Below, one piece after another: positions 52,253 to 64,000 of a stretch of DNA of 64,000 nt; positions within the stretch are counted from its first letter, which is position 1, and each line of letters begins with the position of its first letter. Where the stretch lies: assembly GCA_012295275.1 (NCBI GenBank), contig CM022679.1:19406001-19470000 (forward strand), written 5' to 3'. Below the pieces are notes generated by a model. That model searched no databases and was not told where the DNA came from. It saw only the letters and a program-made list of their open reading frames with translations. A program made the position numbers and the translations under genes. This DNA comes from Chrysomallon squamiferum. Taxonomy: Eukaryota > Animalia > Mollusca.

Positions 52253-53476
52253 TCTGGGTATTTGCGATATAGTCTTAAAGAGACTGTTTCTCTTAAACCA
52301 TTCATTTCCAATCATAAATGCGATTTTGTTTTCTTAATAATAATAATAATAATAATAATTATTATTTATTATTATTATTATTATTCATACAATTTAAGAT
52401 ATAATAATTGTTAAAACTTCTTTATTCATATAATTATTCAAGTTTTTCTTTTCTTACCGTGACAATTTACCTGATATTGGCGATTTAACACTAGAGTTGT
52501 TTCCCTTAGACCATTACTTCTGATTTACATGGGGGTTTTTTTTTTTTTTTGATGTATTTTTGTTGTTGTTGTCCCCCACCAGTTTCAAATCATTCCAGTT
52601 ACCAATGTACTGACAAGGAAAGGACAAAAACAGTTTTAGTTAACAATTCTGCTTAGATGTCTTTAGGCGAATGAAAAATTGTTTAGCAACATTTCAACAA
52701 AGTGTGCCTTTCAATTAATACAATTCTTTTTATTTTCAAGTTATTATTTTATTGTAGAGACTGATTTATCATTCATGACAAGAAGTTATGACAAGTAAAA
52801 TAGCACTGTTACAAAATAATTTAATCACCATTGTTTTACCATTTTTTGTAAGTGGAATCATGAACTAGATACAAGGTTAAAAAAAAGCTCTATATTACAC
52901 TAAAACCAATTTTTGAGAAAATGGATACAGGAAAGAAATACCAGATCTGAGATGCTGCATACCGAAACAACATCTCTGTTATAAGAAAGCTGTTGAAAAG
53001 AAACAAATATTGGCTATTTTTATATTTGTTGCTATTAAAGATTACACATTTTATTACATTTGAACAATACCAAACATTTAATTTTTTTTAAATTTATTTT
53101 TGGTTTGTGGGTTTTTTGCTCTTATGTTAAATTTGAAAACCAAATAACAATAACAACAACAACAAAATAATAAAAATACATACATATATAAATAATAAAA
53201 TAAAATAATAATAATGAAATTAAAACATACACAAAATGAAACAAACCAGTGTTATAGAAATATTTTTTATTTCATACTTCACTATTGTATAAAAAGATGT
53301 AGATATATATATATATATATATATATTAAAAAGATACAAACAGTAAAATATTTAACATGGAATGTTTATAGTAAAACAGCAAACTACAAAGCAATATATG
53401 AAAATATTAAAACAACAATTTTATCTTTAAAATTCAAAAAAATAAACAAGATTTAAAAAGGTTATAATTTTAGAAT

Positions 53477-53514
<38 letters not shown>

Positions 53515-53928
53515 GCATTAACTAAAAAATAAAATATAAATAAGTATTTAAAAGTTGTTTAGACTTGAACAAATAATAAACTTTATGAATAGGTATGTGA
53601 CAAATAACACTATGAAATAAATATATTTCTTCTGCATATATAACAGTGTCAGAAACATTAAAAATTCATATCTAAAAATAATTATTTTTAAAAGTAAAAT
53701 AAAAATAAAAATGAGTAAACAATTATTAGTTCAGAGTAACTAATACTAATATCCTCTTTGTTTAAAAAAATAACAATTTTCCACATAACATATAAATGTC
53801 TTGTAACAGCAGTCGAACACATAAGTGTATTTTAAGGAGAAGGAAATATTAATGTTCTGCTTGATAACATATTTGTGTTTTTTTCTATGGAAGAAGAAAT
53901 TTAAACAAGATGCCAGCCTACAGCTACT

Positions 53929-56900
53929 TTATAGAATGGTTGTGTCATCCTTAAAGCCAGTTGCTTTGTATGCTTCTTCCCTGAAAGTAATAACAATAAG
54001 TATAATAATAATGAAATGGTAACTGCCATTAATAATGTTTTAAAAAACAAAAAACAAATAATAATTCTAATAACAACAAAGTTAAAAAATAGTCACTTTA
54101 CAGGATTCATGCATGCAAGAAGATGTATACATGTATATATTTATTTGTGGTGAACACAGAAATAAAGCAGTACAAAGAATTATTTGTGATGATTATAAGA
54201 ATCCCATGCTTATTATTCATTTTAAGTTAATATTTCACTAGATAAAATTTGTCAAGGAACAAATGTTTTTGTTGTGTTGGGGATGCTTTTAATATTTAAA
54301 CAATGACTAATTTTATGATGATATTATTTTTGTATGTTTAATATCATTTGTCTCTTGCATGTAATGAAAATGGTGCTCACCCCTGGTAGATGGGATTGGT
54401 AGCAGAAGCAATGTTTGTGTTTGTTCCGTACTGTGTCACTTCAGATGTGATGTTGGCATCATGGGCAACATGTTCCACAGTGGGTGAGGCTTCATCTGGC
54501 TGGAATATCATGTTAATCTCACCAACCTCTTGCAAACCTTCATCAGGAGGCACGTACATGTTTAGACTCTGTAAGTTAAAAAATAATAATTAAGATGTCT
54601 TAAAACAAATGTTGATTCATTTATAGAAATAAACATGAATTTAAAACGAGACAAATTTGAAGATGTGAAGATATTTATACATAATGTATTTGTTAATGTC
54701 ATTAAAACTTATTTTGAATTTTTTTCTCATGAAATAAGAAATAAAACTATCTGATGTAAATATTTATCATCAGAGGCCTTCATGAAATAATAAAATATGA
54801 TCTAGCACACACAACCATCAATGTGCTTACTTTACCAATGAATGTTTTAAAATAACAAAAACAAAAATGAAAAAACTGGGACAACACCACTGAGTTTCCA
54901 CATTTGTGTAACTCATAATTATACAGAAACCTAATGTCTGACATCTAAAAAATGCTATTAATACAGTGGATTGTGGTCTCAGTAAATAAATATTCATTTT
55001 GTATTCCTATAATAAACATACCTGTGTCTCATATTCTCTGAGGAAGCTTGGTGGTTCCACAAAATCTGGTCCTGCGTAATTACTCTGGTAGCTTCTGTAC
55101 TGCTGAATGAACTTCATGTATCTGAGAAAAAATAACAATCAGTAATTGTAGCACAAATTCTGATGGTGTGCATGTAAATGTGTTCTAACTTGACTGGTAT
55201 TCCACACAAGATTTTCACAAAAAAGCACACTACAGATCTTCTTACCTTGAATATGAAAAAACTAGTACAATGATTCCAACAATACACAGCAGAATGATTA
55301 TGGCTGCCAAGGCAATGAGAGCTGCCCAAGGATCATCCACCCACCACAGATAGGATTTGGTGATCATGTTGCGGATGTAGATTTCTGATTGATAAGGTAG
55401 TCGAACTTCGTGTACAATGATTGAAGTGTTGTCCTTTATCATTTTTTTTATCACCTTCTGAGATTCATCTGACAGGATCCTGAAAAACAAATATACAACA
55501 GATTCTGACAATTTTCTCTTTACTTTTTCCTCTTTCTTTCTCTCTATTATGCCTTCTTCTAGTAATCAATAAGAACAGCAAAAGTGAGTTTTATCTCATA
55601 AAAATCCAAATCAATAACTATTAACTGCATTGAGATAAAATTAAAAATATATTGTTTTAGTAATTTAATGTTTAAACAACGGAAAGATATTTAATTTATG
55701 TATTTTCAGACATATCTCTTTTAATGTTTATGATAACTATTTAAAAATAGCTTCACAAAATTTCAATCCTTAAAACAGTTATAAATTGGCATCAAATGGG
55801 GAGATGTTTTTTTTTTTAAAAAGGTCACTTAAAAATAGTGATCAGTATTAGAATTATTTTTAAATTTGTAATTATAAATTAAAAAGAAGAAGCCTGAAAG
55901 TACCAGTGACTGCAATTATTTGAATATTTTGTGTATATCAGTTTACTTACATCTTTCTCACTTTTTTATCTGTGTTATTGAGAAGTCGATAACCATTAGA
56001 TCTGTAGTCTACCAAAACAAATATGATGTCACTCCTGTTGATAAAAATAACAAATAATTTTTGAACATTTTATTATAATTAATAAAATGTTCATTTGACA
56101 ATCACAATTTATCCTGAACATAAATGATATAAAATGGGTATGAGTGGAAAAAGTATTTCTACTTATAGCTGAAAATTATTTCAATTAATAACAACTACAT
56201 ATAATTTTATGTTTAAAGTACAGATATTAACTTAAAAAGAAATATTAATAATAATAAAAATAATAATAAAGGCAAAAACATGTTGGCAAAAACATGTTAT
56301 TTTCCAAAAATATCTATCTACATAAAAGTTCAGTAGGTTTTATTTACTTTGATTGAAATTATTTAATTTTATTGACTAGTTATGAAATAATCAACACTTA
56401 CGACTGGCTCTCTGTGCGGATGTTGTTCTTTTCAATTTCTATTTCCTTTGACCGGATTCTTTCAATGATAGTAAGATATCCTGTCCACTGCTGAATGTAT
56501 CTGTCACAACAAAAAATAATTACTGAATTAACAATACAAATAATTTTGTGAAAGACACTCACAAGTTACTAATCCCTGATTAACTGACAAACATCTCAGT
56601 CTAATACAAAAAAGTCTATCTAAAATGATCAGAACTATTTGTTAATATCCATTTAACAATTTTTCTACTTACAGTCTACCTTAGTGGCCCCAAATGAGGA
56701 TTTAAAAAAATATATATTCCTCAGTAAAAAGTGATGTCATAATTAAAACAAAATCTGTGGTGAATTTGTTGATCATTATCAGCAAAGACTGTATTAAAAA
56801 AGTCCACAGTATTTGAAAATACACAAACTAGGCTATTTGTTGGGTTTGTTTTTCATGTGATGCTAGTGTAATTTATAAAGTCAAATTCATTGTTTGACAC

Positions 56901-57141
56901 ACTTTGAAAAGATTTTACAAACCTTCTAAATTCTTCCTGTCTTGCTAGAATCTGTTCTGATGGTCGATTATCAAGAACCAGATAGAATCTATTGTAGCTC
57001 TCTATCAGATTGACCTTAACAATAGAAAAACAGATATGTTATAAAAAACTAAAAAATTCAGATTGACCTTAACAACAAAAAACTAAATTGTTTAAAAATG
57101 TAAAAATGTAGTAATTCTCACAACATTCCGTATGACGAGAA

Positions 57142-57179
<38 letters not shown>

Positions 57180-60100
57180 ACAAATGTGACTTACAATAAC
57201 ATCTGCATTATCTTCCAGTGGGACTGTTCCAAGAGGTCTGTCTCTGGCAAGTATGTTAAAAACATACTGATGTGGAGTATTTGGGGCAGTGTTAAATTCC
57301 ATGGTTGTTTTCAGAACACCGGTGGTCAGAGAAAGACTGAATTGAGTGACTGATTTGTTAAAAATGAGATACTCTATCTCTCCATTCCGGCCAGCATCTT
57401 TATCAGTTGCCTGTAAAACATAAAATTTCAAAATTCAATATGGGGTTTCAAGTGAAACTTCATCTGATATACGATTGACTGGTACTACTGGAACAGCTAT
57501 TTTTTTAATTGTGTACAATCATGTTACTTACGTTGACTGTCATAATTTGGTCGTTAGGCAGAGCCAGGATAGAGATAGCACCGTAGTATTTTTTAGAGTC
57601 ATAGTTTGATGGTGGATACAGTGGGAACTGGAATTCAGGTCTGTTGTCATTGACATCCAGCACTTTAATGATAATCTGCATCCTGCGCCACGCATCTACA
57701 GAAAAAAGATAATTGTTAGTTTAGAGAAATATATGTTGTGTGTTCATGTGTGTGTGTGTTGTGTTGTGTTTGTGCATGTGTGTGGAGTATATGTCTGTGG
57801 TTGTGTTTGTGCATGTGTGTGGAGTATATGTCTGTGTTTGTGTTTTTGCATGTGAATGTGAGGGTGTGTATGTGTGGCCAAATAACTTAAGAAAAAATAA
57901 TTGTCAATTTAGAGAAATATATGTAACAAATAAAAGTGTATCTTTGTGTATAGTTGTGTATGATGGCAAAGTAGCACTGGAATCACAAATTTCATTAAAA
58001 CCAATCATAATTCTTTAATATACCACACCAGATAAATATTTATGAACACTTAAGATAAGTGAAGTATTTTCTGAAAACATCACTCACTGTAAATTTCGTA
58101 TTTGTTGTTGTCTGCTCCAGTCTGACGCCTGCGTCGTCTTTGAGGTTGCAGTGCAGGTTTAACTTCAGCATATATCACGTACTGGTCAATGTCCTCCCTG
58201 TCCAGCTTCTTGGCCAGTGTCAGATTACAGTTCTTCATGTAGTCATCGTAGACGATTGTAAACACATCTGTACAAAATACAAAATACAACTTTTAATACA
58301 AATCAAACTGTTACTAAATGAACCTGATGAAAAGAATCAACAAATACTTTTATTAAACTAACCATTTTCCTCACACACTCTTACTAAATTAATATTTAAA
58401 AAACAAACCAGATGTATTTTCACCCCACTTCTTTTTAAATATACCCTGAATTACTTTTTAAATATAAAGAACATGAATTTTTTTTTTATGTCATGTATCA
58501 TTTACTGTATTAAATCCTATAAAAAGATGCAAAATCAAAACATACCATGTCTGGATCCAGAAAGAGTGACATTAATCTTGTTACTTCCTTGGTTGACCAC
58601 ATCCATGTATATGATAGACGTTCCTGTCAATGTGTTTTCTGGGACCTCAATGCTGTAAAATGCAACCATTAAAACAGTGAGACCTCATAAAGTGATGTTT
58701 TTACAAAGATGCCATAACACCTTCTGGCTTGTTACCAACCAGTTTTTAAACAATCAGTTAATGTTAGTATATAATATATATTTTTATAAATCTCACTTTC
58801 TCTCTCTTTCTTATCTGTCTGTCTCTTTCTCTTTCTCTCTAATTCTAAATGAAAAATTTATATTAAAAAGTTTATTACTATTTTCTAAAAAACCACATAT
58901 CCAGCCATGTTCATCAAACACTAATTCATCTCTCACTCAACTCATCCAACCATTCTCTCAAACTTGTTCATTCATAAATTCAGTGACTTGCACATGTACA
59001 ACACAATACATAAACTTACTAATACTGAGGTCGAATGAAGCCAAGTTTGCCCTGTCCCAACTCGGAGTAAGTGACATCAACATAAATTTTAGCTCTAGAA
59101 CTTCTAGGACGCCAACTCTTATCAGACACTTCAACCTCAAACTGTTATTAACATAATAATTAGTATTTTAATAAAAGAAATCACTAAAATGACAGAGATT
59201 CAGATTTGTGAAAACATCTGCCATGTTGTTTATTTAATGCTTTTGTGATGTTTGCCTGTTTCATGCAAATTCATAAAAACTCTGGATTTATATGCTCTCT
59301 AAATGTGAGACTGAACTAAATTTTGAATACTTTAAAAGCAATCACAATATCAATTATAAGAAGATGACTTACAATAAAGGAACCATTCAGGTATGGTGTC
59401 GCACCCTGCCGAAGTGTCTGTTTAATACGAATCCGACCTTCTTCATCAATCCCAAAGAATCTGCTTACATCACCAATAATTTTGTACTGGATTTCAGCAT
59501 TAGGTGTCTATCAAAAAATAAAATTTATTATAATTAAAGACCATCTCATGTATTTCCAAAACAATAACTTGAAGCATTGATGTGTAATTTAAACTGTAAA
59601 TAAGATCCATCAGAACCTGAATTATCAGTTACATCTAACTGTGCCCATTAACAACTTTGTGAGTACACCATCATTACTTTTATTTTTAATATTACATATA
59701 CAACTGTTAAGGATCAAAATAAATGTTCACTGTAAAGGTGAAATGTAAACGGACCTCCATGAACATCTTTCTTGATGGCAACACTAATCCTGCCCCTGTA
59801 TACTCTAAAGTAAACTTTTTAAAAGTACATTTAATGTTTTTGGCAATTTAGAAAAAAATCTGCTTACATGAGCATTAAGTGTCACATTGGTGTCATTGTC
59901 AAGAGCAAATACACTCATAATGACAGTATCGACTCTATCTTTGTCGCGGGCAGAGGTGTGGTATGAAGTCTGATTGAATTTGGGGGTGTATTTGTTTCTA
60001 ACAATAGTCACTTCAACTGTGGCAGTGTCAGACTTAGGTGTAGTAGCTCTATCTTTAACCAAGACAGTAAACTGTAAAAGAAAATAATATGAACATTTAC

Positions 60101-61209
60101 ATTTTTTTTAGAAACATTTCAAGTAGTTAGGAATATTTAAATTGTTTGTAAATGTATACTGAGGTAAATTAAGAATATTTAAATGGTTTGTAAACATACA
60201 TTGAAGTAGTTAGGAACATTATCTCTTCTCAAACTTCTAGCAAGGGAAATTTCTCCAGTTGTTGGACTTATGACAACAAGGTCATTGGTAGTTGATGGGA
60301 GTAAGCTGTAGGTCAACAAGCCACTGTCTGGTACAGTTCCAGCCTTCAATAAATAAATAAATAACATATACAGTAAGAAACTTTGAAATATATTACTTTC
60401 AAAATATAAATAAATTGTTAAAAATGTAAACTTAGGTACTTGTAAAAACTGTGAATTAAGATTACTTTTATAACAATATATCTAAAACTGATTTCAAAAG
60501 AAAAAACAGTAAATTTGAAAATACATATGAAAACAATAAATTATAACTTTAGAATAGACTTTAAATTAAAAAATATAGCTTTTCTTTTTTATAATAATAG
60601 TAACAGAACTACTACTACTTTTATTTCTACTGCTTCTACTACTACTGCTGCTGCTGCTACTACTACTACTTGTAGTAGTACTACTAATAATAATATCATT
60701 AACTAATAATATTAATAACAATAACAACAATAACAATAACACTGACAATAATAATAATAACAATAACAACACCTAAATTACTGGAAAGTCTACAGTTACA
60801 TTTGAATATAAACCTATATCTATAACTGAACAAGACATTAAAAACTCATTAGTAAATATTTGTTTTACTTACATTAGCATCTTTATCTGTGGCAGTAACT
60901 TTGACAATGAATTCATTGACATTCTTGTATTCTGAGATGGTGACAGGGTAGATTTTCTTGCTGAACTCAGGAGCATTGGGATTTCGGATAACTTGCACAT
61001 TAACCGTTGCTAGACTGGATTTTGAAGAGTTCCGATTATCTCGGGCAATGACTTTCAACTGCAAACAGAAAGAAAATTGTTACAATAGACATAAGTAGAA
61101 CTGGCAATCTTCCTAAACAAGACAAAGATCACAATTTGTAATATCCGAGTAATAATATCTGTAATGAGTGCTTTTTAAAATGTATGTAAAACATGGAATT
61201 ATTATTATA

Positions 61210-61243
<34 letters not shown>

Positions 61244-63730
61244 ATAATAATAATAATAATAATGATAAGTTTAGAAAAATATTAAAAACAGGATTATGTT
61301 ATGAGAGAATCAAATGTTTGACTGGTACTATATCTTTTTAAATGTTGGTAATAGCTGAAATGTTTAAAATGTTTATAAGGTCTGCTAATACAGTGATGAA
61401 TGTAAAATTTGTTTATGTAAAACCACAGTGATCTTACAATGAAAGTATTCACAGGTGTTTGTGTCAGGCTCTGTTCAAGTGTAATGACCCCAGAGTTTGC
61501 ATCTATTTGGAAATACAGGCTGTTTGGTGGTTCAACAAGAATTTCATATTTGATTTTATCCTGAAAAAATAAAAACATATTTGAAAAGACAAAAATTACA
61601 CAATGCCTGTAAGTAAATAAAAATAAAATAGTTTTTGTTGCATGTTACCATCTTTACTTAAGATGATTAATTTCTGTGTTAAATTTATCAAGATCATAAA
61701 TACCATCTTTTTTTTTACTTACCCCATCAAGATCATAAGCAGCAACAGTTATTACAGTTTCATTAACTGGTTTAGATTCTGGAATTTTCACATTGTACAC
61801 AGATTGATTGAACTGTGGTGCATTTGGGTTACGAGTTACTGCAACAGTTACTTCAGCGTTGTCACTCTTGCGTGGATTTCCTTTGTCTACAGCAATCACA
61901 GTAAACTGGAACACAAACAAAATATCACCCTGGTTTATTCTAAACCATAATGCAGGAATTCAGAGAACATAGAGATAGATGTAATTGGCACTTACTGGGG
62001 TTTTTTTAATATTTTCAAATGCGTGTACATATGTATTTTTGTTTTCAGTATTTTTATTACTGTAGAATAAACAGAATTGATTTGATGATATCTACATATA
62101 TTGTTACATAGACAGTTATTGCATTTTAGGGTTGATTATTAAAGCTGTAGTCATTCTATGTACTAATGCTTCTAAGAGCAAGGTCTGTGACTTTGAATGG
62201 CAGGGTTTTAGCTGGAATAGCAAACTTCCCAGAGCATGCCGATGTGATTACCTTGTAAGTCAGAGTGTTTGGATCTTGTGACAGTCTTCTTGCCACTGAC
62301 AGGGATCCATCATTGATGTTGATGTAGAAGTAGTTGGATGAATATGATGGTAATGATGAAGTGGGATCAACAGAATATTCAATTATACCATTATCACCCT
62401 GCAGCATACAGAAACATATTATCAGTAACATTAATTTAGGTGACATATTAATGTACAAAAATTCATTTTAAATCTGTAAATATATTGCTACATATTTCAA
62501 ATTTATCCAGGTGTCCAAAACATCACAATTTATTTTGTGTAATAATAGGAATGATAGTATAATTAATATTTAAATTTCTTAAAACCCATTTTGGTTATTG
62601 TTTTTTAATTATTATTAATTTTTTTTCACACCCCTTGTTGATGATGAATGTTAAGGAAAGAGTTCTCATAGTTACATTCAAGACAAAAGACTTGAACAGC
62701 AATTAAATCAGATACAAATCTGAGAAAATATTTAAAAAACATATCAAGTCATTTATGATTTAGTAAAAAAAAATTCATTAGAATAGGATTTGTGCATGAC
62801 TAGAGAAAAACTGGATGTCCAAGAAAAATATTAACAATTAAATTTTGGGCCATTTGATTTCATGCCTTTATTTCAAAATACATAATTTTATTCCCTTTTA
62901 GATATACTTTCATGTTTTGTTGTTACTGTAGGTACAAAAGAAACAAAACAATAAACAACTGATTACACTGGATAATAAACTATGTAAGAGAAATGATAAA
63001 TATTAAATATGTATGCTATGGACAAAAACATAAAATACAATAGCAAACAGCAACACCCTTTTTCAATGTAAATATCTAGAATTTAGATCTTTAAGATCAA
63101 TACTGTGACAAAATGAAAACCACAGTAAATGATAAAGCACTGCGAGTTTTTTTCAAAAAAGAAAATATTTAAAGAAAAAAGAACTTACAGAATCCTGATC
63201 AGTGGCATTTAATTGTCCAAATATTTTTCCCAGTGGTTGGTCTTCTGGTAGACTGAAAAAATATTTCTTCTTGTTAAACTGTGGTGGGTTGGGATTCCTG
63301 TTTATTGTTATCCTGACAAATCCCATTGCACATTCTGCAGCATTGGATTCCCGGCAGGCAAACACACGCAGCTGAAAAATACAGATTAGCATGTTACATG
63401 ACTGTGATTTACCATTATCAACATGTTTGATTTATCATTTTCTTGAACATCAAAAACTGATGCACTCTTTATGCTGGGGTCTCATTAAACATTCCTATTT
63501 TCTTATCTACAATGAATTTAAAATATGTTTTTAATTGATATTTATCAAAAACTTTTGTTGGTTATTATTTAACTAATTTGAAAAAATAATTTTCAATAAA
63601 TACTTACAGTGTACTGTAATGTCTTTTCTGGATCAGATATGAGATTCTTTTTCAGTATAACTTTTCCATCCTTTGTCAGTGTGAAATAATCAGGCCCTAA
63701 GCCATCACCTCTAAGATCATATATCAGTTT
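53929..63730 (-). CDS. Cad99C/protocadherin-15-like cadherin, 3' 21 exons: 63730-63608, 63371-63189, 62398-62252, 61905-61723, 61560-61438, 61058-60873, 60343-60200, 60071-59868, 59507-59373, 59141-59020, 58652-58546, 58267-58088, 57695-57532, 57410-57195, 57014-56923, 56500-56402, 56034-55951, 55479-55246, 55121-55022, 54568-54381, 53980-53929
   Basis: Repeated EC motifs (ATDKD, AVDKGNP, LDRE, VLDVNDNRPEF), membrane-proximal non-EC region, single TM (DPWAALIALAAIIILLCIVGIIVLVFSY), cytoplasmic FVEPPSFLREYETQSLNMYVP resembling the Cad99C conserved box (from memory), class I PDZ-binding end TTIL. All junctions GT-AG and in frame. 5' end outside the window; orthology not verified. Confidence 0.85.
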
Positions 63731-64000
63731 CTGAAATAGTCATATAATAATAAATATTAATTTTAATTTCTGTTTTTCTGAGAGGTCTTTCTTATGTTTG
63801 TCTGAAAATAAGCATATTCAGTTAATCATAAATTTAAAGTTGTATAAAAATAAAGTTATTCAGTTAATTTTATTTATTTAATAAAAATAATAAAAACTAG
63901 TAATTCATCAAAAAACACACACACAACACAGAAACACCCACAAACACAATATAATAACTAAGAAAATGAACCAGTCAACAGACATATGAATAATAAAAAA

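Overview
AT-rich, microsatellite-rich, intron-containing animal DNA, probably a lophotrochozoan such as a mollusc (inference). Gene order: 3' end of UQCRC2 (+, 1-1663); complete METTL14 (-, 10 coding exons, 458 aa); an ~8.7 kb block of transposon debris (non-autonomous FLYWCH/MULE element, decayed NOF/Foldback-type Mutator transposase, Kolobok-like MITE) bracketed by two copies of the putative METTL14 leader-exon end; CHCHD1/mS37 (+); a 5-exon ADMP gene (+, 474 aa); and, on the minus strand, the 3' 21 exons of a Cad99C/PCDH15-like cadherin. Highlights: (i) a diverged but in-frame, synonymous-biased duplicate of only the cadherin TM and cytoplasmic exons, predicting an ectodomain-less ~147-aa membrane protein; (ii) a perfect Smad1/5-Smad4-Schnurri element (GGCGCC-N5-GTCTG) in ADMP exon 1, with a 14-bp-identical inverted partner 2.4 kb 3' of the gene; (iii) CAGGTG/T-box motif enrichment across the ADMP locus and no recognisable Pinhead neighbour; (iv) a duplicated METTL14 leader/donor flanking the transposon block. 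Exon models were built by hand from GT/AG signals and frame checks. Family names come from recalled sequence motifs, not database searches.
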